The notes below the pieces were generated by a model. That model made no database searches. It worked only from the letters and a program-made list of their open reading frames with translations, and was not told the DNA's origin. Positions 37,603 to 46,719 of a DNA stretch of 64,000 nucleotides are shown in pieces (within the stretch, counting starts at the first letter, position 1; each line of letters starts with the position of its first letter). The position numbers were made by a program, and so were the translations under genes. The DNA is from an uncultured bacterium (lineage in GTDB: Bacteria; Patescibacteriota; Minisyncoccia; Phycocordibacterales; PALSA-1337). The DNA lies in NCBI GenBank assembly GCA_903872035.1, contig CAIQIZ010000029.1:479-64478 (forward strand), in the 5' to 3' direction.

Positions 37603-38355
37603 ATGGAAAATGATAATCGAAACGCTTCTCCGATATACAGCGGCATCGGCGAGATTAATGAACCGAGTCCTTGGTATACAAAGAAAATATTTGTGTATAC
37701 CATTATTTTGTTTTTTATAGTGGCTAGTATGATATCCGCTTACTTTATTCTAAATCGGCCAAAAGATTTCGCACCGCTCATGAATAATGAACTAAACTCT
37801 ACGGGACAGTTCGAAGCAGTTATGAAAATTGATGTAGCCACCAGTACACCGACATCTACAACTAATTCCATAAAGCAACAAACAACCGCCCCGACTCCAT
37901 TAGTATCTGCGCGGATTCCTGCTGTTTCAAAAACACAAGCAAAATCAACAAAAACCACCAGCGTTTCAAATACTCCTGCTACAGCCCCAATTACCAAGCC
38001 GGTTACTACCCCTGTTACCCTTCCTGTAACAAAATTGGTTTATAATAACGATCAATACGGTTTCGGTCTTAGTTTCCCGTCAACCTGGAATGGATATAAG
38101 GTTACCAATGAGACCGTACCCGGCACGGCGGGAGTTCTCGATTTTGGTTTTGCTCAACAAAAATCAATTTTCACCATCGCAATCTATACTCGACAAATGT
38201 GGGACAAATCGAAACACAATGACATGACTTATTATTTGGGAGAAAATGCTCGTTATGCTTTCATCTATAATCCAGCTCTAGGAGGCGCTGATCAATCTAT
38301 GAGCTCTCGATTGGCAGAAATGAAAAGTATTTTAGCGACTTTTGCGTTCAAATAG
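37603..38355 (+). CDS. Membrane-anchored protein with a Thr/Pro-rich linker, hypothetical
   Basis: Transmembrane helix IFVYTIILFFIVASMISAYFIL, then a T/P-rich low-complexity region. Low GC. Confidence 0.5.
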   Translation: MENDNRNASPIYSGIGEINEPSPWYTKKIFVYTIILFFIVASMISAYFILNRPKDFAPLMNNELNSTGQFEAVMKIDVATSTPTSTTNSIKQQTTAPTPLVSARIPAVSKTQAKSTKTTSVSNTPATAPITKPVTTPVTLPVTKLVYNNDQYGFGLSFPSTWNGYKVTNETVPGTAGVLDFGFAQQKSIFTIAIYTRQMWDKSKHNDMTYYLGENARYAFIYNPALGGADQSMSSRLAEMKSILATFAFK

Positions 38356-38483
38356 CGGGGGCTGTTTTTAGTTCTTGTACCATGACGATTCGTCGGAGGT
38401 CTTTTTATATAGACATTCCCTCTTTTAAGATATAGACTCGAAATAGGATTTCCTGAATAAACAGGAAAACAAATAGGAGTTCT

Positions 38484-39254
38484 ATGAAATATACTATGTC
38501 AGTCGCAGTGCTCATCTTCGCTATTTTGCCTCCATGCGTCGCAGAAAATATCAACCCGACCAATTACACACGGTCAGTTGTCAGCATCTTTGCGTATTTC
38601 GATGCCGAACATGCCAAACAAAACCCAAAGTACGATGGGAATCTCGGGACTGCCTGGTTTTTGAATAGCGACCGGATCATTGTAACCGCAACACATGTGA
38701 TCGACGGTACCACGATTACGAGCACCAACTGGACTGAAGTTATTTTCCGTCAAGAGAGTGTGAGCGGTGAACCTGTTCGTAAAGAAGCAAATGAAGCTCG
38801 TCTAGTTGCGAGACTGGGACCACCTATGGAGTCGGCATCTATTCTTGAACTCAAGAGATCGTTCACCAATGCCATACCGCTCTCAGTTAATTCAACACCC
38901 CTTACAAAAGGCGACTCCGTTGTGTCTGTCGCTTACCCTAACAAGCGTCTACGATTTGCTACCGGCCAATTTCTTGGAACGGTTCCCACTAACGCCAAGG
39001 AGGAAAAGCTCGCAGGATTGGCATTGTTCGAATTAGCCGATGGCAATCAACGCGACGCACTGGACCATGGTTCTTCTGGCGGTCCAATATTGGATAAATA
39101 CGGGCAAGTTGTTGGCGTCATAAGTGCACTACTATACATCGGAGAGATATCGTTTGGAGATAAAACTGTCAAATATACCGCTTCATGGGGCAATCCGAAC
39201 ATGTCGGCGATCCCTACTGATCTATCGAACAATTTCTTCGCTCCGAAAAAATGA
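38484..39254 (+). CDS. Secreted trypsin-like serine peptidase (S1 family)
   Basis: Signal peptide. His motif 'IIVTATHVIDG'. Serine motif 'GSSGGPILDKYGQVVGV'. Confidence 0.7.
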   Translation: MKYTMSVAVLIFAILPPCVAENINPTNYTRSVVSIFAYFDAEHAKQNPKYDGNLGTAWFLNSDRIIVTATHVIDGTTITSTNWTEVIFRQESVSGEPVRKEANEARLVARLGPPMESASILELKRSFTNAIPLSVNSTPLTKGDSVVSVAYPNKRLRFATGQFLGTVPTNAKEEKLAGLALFELADGNQRDALDHGSSGGPILDKYGQVVGVISALLYIGEISFGDKTVKYTASWGNPNMSAIPTDLSNNFFAPKK

Positions 39255-39304
39255 TTCGATCTGGACGCTTTCTCAGCTGATCATGTGCACTCAATGGTTT
39301 TCAT

Positions 39305-39345
39305 GCCCCGCTACCGTTCTCAATCGGCTAGCGGGCTTTTTATTT
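39305..39345 (+). terminator. Intrinsic terminator
   Basis: gccccgctaccgttctcaatcggctagcgggc followed by tttttattt. Confidence 0.65.
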
Positions 39346-39465
39346 CTGGTTCTAAAGTCTTTCTGAACCTACAAGCCGTTGACATATCTACTACAAAATT
39401 GTAACGTGAAATAAAAGTTCTTTGTCATTGTGGCATTGAACGAAACTACAACCAGAGGATAATAA

Positions 39466-40854
39466 ATGAAAAGAATCGTCATCGGTGCATTGATCATGGC
39501 GTGCTTGTTCACACCAGGCTTCATAGCAATACCCCAGACCATAAACATATCGAGCTATCCGAGTCTCGGAAACCCCGGCTCGATCATCGGAAGTGTGAGT
39601 GGCGTGGTCCCGACAAAATACAAGATGGCTATCGTCATCGATGTATTCGGAACATATTGGAGCAAGCCAACTGAAGCATCTCCATCCGTCGCGATCGACA
39701 GCGGTGGATATTTCAACGCTATGATACGTAGCACTGACGGGAATGATATCTACGCGGAGAAGATACACCTCTTCATGGTACCGACCAACTCGGTGATCCC
39801 AGTGGTTTTAGGCGGAGGAACCATACCGACCACCCTTTTTGACCTAGCGGCGGCTACAGCAGTAGTCGATCGGGCTCCGGCTGCCAATCATTTAGTCTGG
39901 TCAGGACGACACTGGACTATCAAAGATACCTACGACACTGTCTGGGGTCCCGGACCGAACTACTTCTCGGCGTCGTCAGTCCATGTCGATGCAGAGGACA
40001 AGTTGCATCTCACTGTTCGCTATGTGAGCAATCACTGGCGTTGTGCAGAGATCATCTTGGATGACTCACTAGGATATGGGTCATACAGGTTCTACGTGGA
40101 TTCGAACCTCACGAACCTGCCCGATCCAATTGTATTCGGAGCCTTCACTTACGATAATGACATTGACTATCATTATCGCGAGATTGACTGCATTGAATTC
40201 AACAACGGCCTGGTTGTTGGCAGAAATGCTCCGCTGCAGTACGTCATTCAACCATATACGATTACCGATCAAAGACACGTTTTCGTTTCACCCTCGGGAC
40301 TTGGAAGTGCCACGCACTCGTTCCTATGGCTACCAGAATTTGTGTCCTGGAACAGTTATAGCGGCAAACAATCATTCGTTGATGAGTACACGGTCGGACA
40401 CACGATCCAACAGAACCCACGTCCTATAATGGACTCAATGTTCTTTGCAACGAGTTGGGAGGACGTAAGCAGTGTCATGATGCGCGCGCTGTATCCAACC
40501 AATATCGTTGTCACAGAAAATCCGCGAATATTATGGTCAAATCCGAGTCGGCTATTTAGAACAAAGATGACTTCGTTCTATGAGAGTGGAGCAAACGCTT
40601 CTTTTGAACACTGGAGCACCAGTTCAGGTGTTCCACCGAAAGGCAATGAGAAGGTTCACATCAATCTCTGGCTATTCGATGGTATCTCGCCAGGGGAAAC
40701 AAATCAGAGTTTCGAAGTCGTCCTGAGCGGATTCGAGTTTCGACCACCAACGTTCGCCAGCCGATCATTGCAACCGAGACTAGAAATACTCAAGGTAGAA
40801 GATCCGCTGGGCCGCGCTCCAGTGACCTTACGCCTCACATGTCCAGGTAACTGA
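39466..40854 (+). CDS. Secreted hypothetical protein, 462 aa
   Basis: Signal peptide MKRIVIGALIMACLFTPGFIA. Own terminator. Confidence 0.55.
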   Translation: MKRIVIGALIMACLFTPGFIAIPQTINISSYPSLGNPGSIIGSVSGVVPTKYKMAIVIDVFGTYWSKPTEASPSVAIDSGGYFNAMIRSTDGNDIYAEKIHLFMVPTNSVIPVVLGGGTIPTTLFDLAAATAVVDRAPAANHLVWSGRHWTIKDTYDTVWGPGPNYFSASSVHVDAEDKLHLTVRYVSNHWRCAEIILDDSLGYGSYRFYVDSNLTNLPDPIVFGAFTYDNDIDYHYREIDCIEFNNGLVVGRNAPLQYVIQPYTITDQRHVFVSPSGLGSATHSFLWLPEFVSWNSYSGKQSFVDEYTVGHTIQQNPRPIMDSMFFATSWEDVSSVMMRALYPTNIVVTENPRILWSNPSRLFRTKMTSFYESGANASFEHWSTSSGVPPKGNEKVHINLWLFDGISPGETNQSFEVVLSGFEFRPPTFASRSLQPRLEILKVEDPLGRAPVTLRLTCPGN

Positions 40855-40879
40855 GTCGGCCACTATACCATCCTCGATA

Positions 40880-40912
40880 CCCGCACTACGTCGAACCGTA
40901 GGCGGGTTTTTA
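40880..40912 (+). terminator. Intrinsic terminator
   Basis: cccgcactacgtcgaaccgtaggcggg followed by ttttta. Confidence 0.6.
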
Positions 40913-40938
40913 TCGTATAAAGGTGTATAATCCAAACA

Positions 40939-41271
40939 ATGAAGCATCCAAACCGAACAATTGGCCTGTTCCAAGCAAGCGGCATAATACTATATGTATG
41001 TCTATTCGCGACGGTCATACAAGCATTATCTGGATGGTCATCAGCGCAAAGTATCCAATTACAGCCGATACTAGCAATAAGCATATTCTTGCTGACATTC
41101 ATCGTATCCGCACTGATCTGCGGATCCATCTTTCTAGCCTATCCTATAAAACTATTCTTCAATGACCAAAAAGACCGCGCCTACAGAATCATTCTCTGGA
41201 GCATAGCTTGGCTATTAACATTTTTCATATTGTTCTTAGCGATGGTGCTAATTCTCATAAACAGTTTCTAG
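40939..41271 (+). CDS. Integral membrane protein, hypothetical
   Basis: Three to four transmembrane segments. 110 aa. Confidence 0.45.
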   Translation: MKHPNRTIGLFQASGIILYVCLFATVIQALSGWSSAQSIQLQPILAISIFLLTFIVSALICGSIFLAYPIKLFFNDQKDRAYRIILWSIAWLLTFFILFLAMVLILINSF

Positions 41272-41355
41272 ATGTAGTCCAATTGTTATATTAAAAACAA
41301 AAAATCTTATCCTGGATGATGTCTCCAAGATAAGATATAAGCTCATATACACTGT

Positions 41356-42519
41356 TTATTTCACATTCAGGCGCTCGACATTGGGCGGCTTTACGCCACG
41401 CAAGATCGTCTCCATGTATCTGTAGTCGACGACTTGGGTGTTGATGAGCTTGTTCTCCTCTTCGGTACAGAAGATGAACTCGCCCAAGACTTCCAGCCCG
41501 CCGACGGTCCCAGACATGCCCGGCGAGCGCGAATAGAATCGATTGCGCGGGATGAGATACATGACCAAACTGGAACCTTCCCAGATGGCGGTGATATTGG
41601 CCGAAGCGGTATCGCCGGACATGGTATTCCACTTCCGAAGGCGCTCGACGACGTCACCGATCATCTTGCTGCGCTCGCCGCGGAAACGAAAAGAGGTCAG
41701 AGGGTAATCACGCGCATCGATCATCAAGGTCGAGATGTTCTCATCAGCCAACATAGCAGCCGACTTGGCTCTGGCTTCGACGGCTCCAGCGATCTGTTGG
41801 AGCGGGAACAATCCATGACCACTGGGGATCTTGAAGAACTGGTAATGGAAATGCTCTTCGATGCTGGCCCCAGCTCCGACGCCGTTGTAGAACCCGACGA
41901 AACCGGGCAAATGCAAGGCGATGTCGTAGAGATCCTGTACCAACCTCGTCACCTTGTCTCCCTTCCAGGCAGTCATCTCCTGCCACGATTGGGGCTCATG
42001 TTCGACTGCGGCGATCGTCATATGCGTCGGCATGAATGGGAATGGGTTGCAGAGGATGTTATAGGTATTCTCTCCGACCTTGAATTGGTAATAGAGCTGT
42101 ATCCCCCGAGATTGCCAACGCACGTTGTCAGCACAGAGGAAACATTTCGTTAAGGGTGTCGTCTTTGTAGCGACGCCAGGCGGCGGAACAGAACGACCGG
42201 CACCTTTTCCACGGTCGGCCCGACGAGGATTGTATTGTCCAATGAAGAACACATCTCCAGGCCCATAACATTGGAAATAACGGACCTGCTTCAAGTCGTC
42301 ACAGATGTACCCGATATCCATCTGCTGTTCCTGCAACAGCTTCAGGGCTTCGGGAAGCGTGTGCTTGTCGAGATCGACCTGGAGTTGGAGCCGCTTGCGC
42401 TCGTAGGAAAGATCATTTTGCTTTCCCATCGCCGTTCGTTTCGCTGGATCAAGATAGTCGGGCAATACAGGCTCGACTGCTTTTGTTAAAGGGCTGTCTA
42501 TCATAATGTATGCTTTCAT
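41356..42519 (-). CDS. GalT/Ap4A-phosphorylase-like HIT-superfamily nucleotidyltransferase or phosphorylase
   Basis: HxHxQ motif 'EHFHYQFF' of the GalT/GDP-hexose phosphorylase branch. CxxC 'KCFLCADN' and 'NPFPFMPTHMTIAAVEHE'. Confidence 0.5.
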   Translation of the reverse strand: MKAYIMIDSPLTKAVEPVLPDYLDPAKRTAMGKQNDLSYERKRLQLQVDLDKHTLPEALKLLQEQQMDIGYICDDLKQVRYFQCYGPGDVFFIGQYNPRRADRGKGAGRSVPPPGVATKTTPLTKCFLCADNVRWQSRGIQLYYQFKVGENTYNILCNPFPFMPTHMTIAAVEHEPQSWQEMTAWKGDKVTRLVQDLYDIALHLPGFVGFYNGVGAGASIEEHFHYQFFKIPSGHGLFPLQQIAGAVEARAKSAAMLADENISTLMIDARDYPLTSFRFRGERSKMIGDVVERLRKWNTMSGDTASANITAIWEGSSLVMYLIPRNRFYSRSPGMSGTVGGLEVLGEFIFCTEEENKLINTQVVDYRYMETILRGVKPPNVERLNVK

Positions 42520-42617
42520 TTTCCAGGACCGTTATGGTGCCTAGATTCTGCCGCAAATACTACTCGCTTCTATCCGGAGCGCAATAGGTCTTTGATAACC
42601 AATCGGTAAATGCCCTA

Positions 42618-42646
42618 GCTTAGGTATTTGACATACATACTTTATA
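42618..42646 (+). promoter_or_regulatory. Sigma70-like promoter
   Basis: TTGACA, a 17-nt spacer, then TATCAT. An AGAGG ribosome-binding site lies before the ATG at 42704. Confidence 0.45.
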
Positions 42647-42703
42647 GTGCTATCATATGAACAGTTCCTAAACATAAAATCGAACAAACAGAAAGAGGTC
42701 GTT

Positions 42704-43096
42704 ATGCCGCAAATCAAAGTTCTCATGACCGGAATAGCTCACAACATGATCACCCCCGGGGTCTTCCCGGAAATGGATCGTGCTCTGACTGAAGCAGTAG
42801 AGACTGCATTCAACATCAAAGGTAGACACGACGTCGCCTTCGATGTCTTGTACCTCCCCTACACGCGCGGTGAGTCCCCCGTACAGATCGGGGTGATCTA
42901 TACCGCCGGAACCGATGAGTACCGCACCGGCAGAATCTTTGACCCCACCAAAGAAGAACGTGAGGCCGCCGCCATAAAAGTTCAGGAGAGCTTCGCGGCT
43001 TTCCTCATAGCAAACGGCATCGGCCCAATCACCCCGTCAGTCTGGATCATACCCTTGTACAATAGCCATTTTCTGTCAGGTCAGGTGGAAAACTGA
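42704..43096 (+). CDS. Hypothetical protein
   Basis: Start at MPQIKVL with an RBS. Own terminator. Confidence 0.5.
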   Translation: MPQIKVLMTGIAHNMITPGVFPEMDRALTEAVETAFNIKGRHDVAFDVLYLPYTRGESPVQIGVIYTAGTDEYRTGRIFDPTKEEREAAAIKVQESFAAFLIANGIGPITPSVWIIPLYNSHFLSGQVEN

Positions 43097-43142
43097 CCCT
43101 CGACCACAAATGGTCAAAACCCCGCCCCCGAATCATGAGCAA

Positions 43143-43176
43143 CCCGCTCGGTTCGTCGGCGGGTTTCTCTTTTTTT
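43143..43176 (+). terminator. Intrinsic terminator
   Basis: cccgctcggttcgtcggcggg followed by tttctcttttttt. Confidence 0.65.
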
Positions 43177-43285
43177 GATACGATCCGAATCCGTATAGAA
43201 CTTTGAGCAAACCTTGACGCCACTGCTATTTTGTGCCATTCTAAATCTCGGTAGCTTTAACGACAAACATAAAAAAGGAGTTAAT

Positions 43286-44272
43286 TTGAAAACTAAAAAA
43301 CGTAAGAAACTGACCTCGCAGGATTATTGGTTCATCTTTGCGCTCGCGGTAGTCTTCCTCGGCACCTTGGCGCTCATGACTCTACCAGATCCAAGTAAAA
43401 ACACTGTGTCGTCGACCGAGACAAATGCGATCAATATCCAAGTCGTCTGGACGACTAATTCCCTTCAAAGCGCCTATGCACCCGATACGACTACGAATGA
43501 TATCGTCGGGGATACGTTGGACAGAATGGACCAGCTCTACGCATTCGTGGCCAATGAATTGCAGAGCGATGCCAATCTAATCCGACTATTCTCAAAGGAA
43601 CGAGCTATCGCAATCACTCGAGATCAGTTCGAAGCCGACTTGGGAAAGCTAAGGGGTTTGGAGCTGACATTTGTCGGTCAACTACATGAATCAGTCAACT
43701 CGGCTGGCTACCCGATAAAGGAAGTCCAATCTCACATCGCCGAGCTGGTCCGCGAACTCTGCGACGTTATGTGGACGGAAGAATTCACTGGCGGATCTCA
43801 GATAACCGCAGAGAAGGGGTGTTCGCAGTTCATCGAGGAGTCCAGCGAGTCAGATATCCCAGCATTCCGTAACTTCAACGACCCGGAGTCGACAAAGGCG
43901 TACATGATGAGAAGCTCTCCCCTTCACGCTAGCTTTCAATTGCTATTCGACCCACGATCACGGATCGAGGTGCGCGGAGCAGACTACCTGCCAGTGAAAG
44001 CATTGCAACAACACTTCATGGAATACGAGCTTCCAGCGAACATCCGAGGTCCGCTGCCAAAGATCCTGACACCAGCTCAAAAAACTCTCATAATGAGAAC
44101 TCTGAGCGATGTGAGGAATCTATACGCGTTACGATACATCGCGCTCAATGCCGACCGTAGTAAAAGGAACACCCTCGTCTTGGGGACATATCACGCAAAC
44201 CATATCGCGTACATCATGTCTAAATACGGAGTAAAGTGCAGCTTTATCCTTCCAGAGGTTAGCAAGCACTGA
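43286..44272 (+). CDS. Membrane-anchored hypothetical protein
   Basis: TTG start preceded by AGGAG. Transmembrane helix YWFIFALAVVFLGTLALMTL. Own terminator. Confidence 0.5.
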   Translation: MKTKKRKKLTSQDYWFIFALAVVFLGTLALMTLPDPSKNTVSSTETNAINIQVVWTTNSLQSAYAPDTTTNDIVGDTLDRMDQLYAFVANELQSDANLIRLFSKERAIAITRDQFEADLGKLRGLELTFVGQLHESVNSAGYPIKEVQSHIAELVRELCDVMWTEEFTGGSQITAEKGCSQFIEESSESDIPAFRNFNDPESTKAYMMRSSPLHASFQLLFDPRSRIEVRGADYLPVKALQQHFMEYELPANIRGPLPKILTPAQKTLIMRTLSDVRNLYALRYIALNADRSKRNTLVLGTYHANHIAYIMSKYGVKCSFILPEVSKH

Positions 44273-44293
44273 CGCGTACCGAGAGATTGCAAG

Positions 44294-44350
44294 CGCCCGC
44301 CGCCGAACTTCGAGCCCACAGCTCAGGTTCTCTGGCGGGTTTTCATTTTA
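44294..44350 (+). terminator. Intrinsic terminator
   Basis: GC-rich hairpin cgcccgccgcc...ggcggg followed by ttttcatttt. Confidence 0.5.
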
Positions 44351-44446
44351 AAATGATCGCCTCAATGAACGATTTGACAATCATTACTTCTTACATTATA
44401 GTTAGATAGTATTCGCACATGTCACAACAAAATGAATAGGTAACAT

Positions 44447-44995
44447 ATGAAGCTACGAAACTTGATGACCGATATCCAGACCCGCCTTGCGATGATGGGG
44501 TATGACCCAGCAGGCATTGCATATATGATAGACGCACTGTGCCGAACACTGAGCAAATTCACAGACCCAGAAGCAGCCACTCGTTCATTGAACACTGGGT
44601 TCAGCCGATTCGTGCGCAACCGATTCGCTGATGAGCAGTTCGTCCGGTTCACGCACCGCATCGATCCGGAGGTCTCTTCCTTTTACAGAGATGGCCACGA
44701 CGAAAGCGTCTATGCGCCACTCGAAGACTTCGAGAGAGAAATGATGCCTGCATCGGAAATAACCGAATTCGAAGAAGAACGGAGGCGATATCTGGTTCAA
44801 GCCGTTCAATTCGCCAAAAGATCTCACAAGAAGCTGGAAAATGAAATGGCCTATGCCCCACTATTTGGCGTCCATTACCTCGAGAGCAAACGTCCGTCAC
44901 CTTTACCGGAAACAGGACCAGTCCGGCATGCAAAGCTGGTCTATACTCCCCAAGGCGGGCAACCAGGTTTCAGAAGGAAAACGCGTGTACGGTAA
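44447..44995 (+). CDS. Hypothetical protein, 182 aa
   Basis: Clean ORF. No motif. Confidence 0.45.
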   Translation: MKLRNLMTDIQTRLAMMGYDPAGIAYMIDALCRTLSKFTDPEAATRSLNTGFSRFVRNRFADEQFVRFTHRIDPEVSSFYRDGHDESVYAPLEDFEREMMPASEITEFEEERRRYLVQAVQFAKRSHKKLENEMAYAPLFGVHYLESKRPSPLPETGPVRHAKLVYTPQGGQPGFRRKTRVR

Positions 44996-45033
44996 ACCAA
45001 AACGATCTGTGATCAGTCTTTAGGAGTAGAAAT

Positions 45034-45240
45034 ATGAATGATATTACTGAAATGTTCAGCAACGCACGACTGCGGTTTGTCAAAGCCACGGTCGTGAGTA
45101 ACCTGTTCCCCATGTACCCCCATCTTGGTCAAATGGAAATGAACTTCGCAGCCAAGATCAATGGCCGCTTCGAGATCGGCCGTTACACTCTCGTTCCCAT
45201 CGCCGACCTCAATAGGCTCAAGGCTGAGTCCAAGGAGTAG
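45034..45240 (+). CDS. Small hypothetical protein, 68 aa
   Basis: An ORF with a downstream terminator. Confidence 0.4.
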   Translation: MNDITEMFSNARLRFVKATVVSNLFPMYPHLGQMEMNFAAKINGRFEIGRYTLVPIADLNRLKAESKE

Positions 45241-45266
45241 TCCGCGGACTTCGAGCTTAGTATCTT

Positions 45267-45300
45267 CCCTGCTTGGCGCATGCCAGACAGGGATTTTTCA
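45267..45300 (+). terminator. Intrinsic terminator
   Basis: ccctg...caggg hairpin followed by atttttcatt. Confidence 0.55.
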
Positions 45301-45342
45301 TTAACTAATCTACTATATACATTGAAGCTAGCAATATCCTAA

Positions 45343-45372
45343 CTATTGACATCGAATCAACTCAACGTATAT
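45343..45372 (+). promoter_or_regulatory. Sigma70-like promoter
   Basis: TTGACA, a 16-nt spacer, then TATATT. Confidence 0.4.
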
Positions 45373-45393
45373 TGCTAAAGCCTGCAATGAGCA

Positions 45394-45993
45394 GTGTCTG
45401 GTATCCGTGCCATTCACGGACCTTTGCCAGAGGTCCTGGCGGGAGGTAGCTTGTACATCGTAATCAAAAGCAAACAGATCGGCCGCGTGGCCTTTATTGT
45501 GCGTCGGAATGCGGAGAGGCGGCTCAACAAAAGATGTTTTCGCCGCTCGAAACGCATGGCGGGAAACTTCATCTATTGGAACGGCGTGAGTGAGGTCATC
45601 AGACAGCACCATGTCATGAATTCCCTGCTGGTGAGCGTCAGGGACGCACTGGCGGAGAACTGCCCCGAAAACAGCACATGCACCAAGGTGCCGTGGGTCG
45701 TCGGCTGGTCCAGCACTGACGCACGCCACAAGTACCATCCGGAAGATCTCGAGACCTTTACGCCGAATGGCAAATGGTGGGCGCTCCGAGTGAAACGGAA
45801 TTGCCGGAAGTTTCGGGCACCAGCGACAAACCAAGTCACCCTGGTCTATGAGATCAAACGCGAACCAAGGCAGACCGCAGTTATCGTCCATTCGATGTAT
45901 CCCGGACCTGATGTAGGTGAATTGGTAGGCGACGTCACAAGACGCGAGGATCGTGTCTTCTTTGATTGGAACCATCCCGGCCAGGCCGTCTGA
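45394..45993 (+). CDS. Hypothetical Arg/Trp-rich protein; strand chosen from the flanking promoter and terminator
   Basis: GTG start. Fully overlapped by an antisense ORF (45343-45975). The plus strand is preferred because of the upstream promoter-like site and the downstream terminator at 46057. Confidence 0.35.
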   Translation: MSGIRAIHGPLPEVLAGGSLYIVIKSKQIGRVAFIVRRNAERRLNKRCFRRSKRMAGNFIYWNGVSEVIRQHHVMNSLLVSVRDALAENCPENSTCTKVPWVVGWSSTDARHKYHPEDLETFTPNGKWWALRVKRNCRKFRAPATNQVTLVYEIKREPRQTAVIVHSMYPGPDVGELVGDVTRREDRVFFDWNHPGQAV

Positions 45994-46056
45994 TTGGAGC
46001 GAAGTAATAGCGATCTAACTTAGTACATTCTTAAAGATTTGCATATTAGTTTTCAG

Positions 46057-46092
46057 CCCACCAGTAGACACACGCTGGCGGGTTTTTTATTT
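46057..46092 (+). terminator. Intrinsic terminator
   Basis: cccaccagtagacacacgctggcggg followed by ttttttattt. Confidence 0.6.
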
Positions 46093-46167
46093 CGCCGAGC
46101 AAGACATCTCGTGATCTTTACAGATTTTAAGCATGTTTAACCCTAACTGGGTGTATACTAGACTTAC

Positions 46168-46644
46168 ATGAATCGCTTCTTGATCGTTTTGATCACCATT
46201 ATGCTCTTGGTAGGAGGGATTTTTTATTGGCAGTCGAAACAATCGAGCACGCCACCTGACATGAAACACCAGGTGCTTTCGGAAGACCTGTACCCTCTTT
46301 ACAACGGCACATCTTGGAACGCTTCTGGAGACGAAAGTTTTGCTATCGGAAACACGACATTCTCTGGTGCGAGCATAAAGTCAGCAACTATTGCAGACAC
46401 GATGGACCCAGGAAGCATCTTCACTCCATTCGAAAGCTATTATGACCAGAAACTCAAAGCACTAGGTTGGCAGACAACAAATGATCTTGCCGCAGGCGGT
46501 CATGTCGGCGGACAAACCGGCTATCGCAAAAATGCCTCGATCATTCTTACGCGTTTCCAAATTGTCTATCACTCTGTCCCAGATAACGCGCCGTCCGAAT
46601 GTCCCTGCGATGTCACGCTTTCGCTCTTTTCTTCAGAAAATTAG
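46168..46644 (+). CDS. Membrane-anchored or secreted hypothetical protein
   Basis: N-terminal hydrophobic helix. 158 aa. Confidence 0.5.
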   Translation: MNRFLIVLITIMLLVGGIFYWQSKQSSTPPDMKHQVLSEDLYPLYNGTSWNASGDESFAIGNTTFSGASIKSATIADTMDPGSIFTPFESYYDQKLKALGWQTTNDLAAGGHVGGQTGYRKNASIILTRFQIVYHSVPDNAPSECPCDVTLSLFSSEN

Positions 46645-46719
46645 TAAATACTACGAATTATTGCTACATTGCTGAGAGATTTCAAGACACTAGTTCGTTA
46701 ACAAAAGGAAATTGTATCA

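Noticed and set aside
45343-45975. Antisense ORF of 210 aa fully overlapping the 45394-45993 plus ORF
   Set aside because: Only one can be real. The upstream sigma70-like promoter and the downstream plus-strand terminator favour the plus ORF. The call is kept at low confidence.
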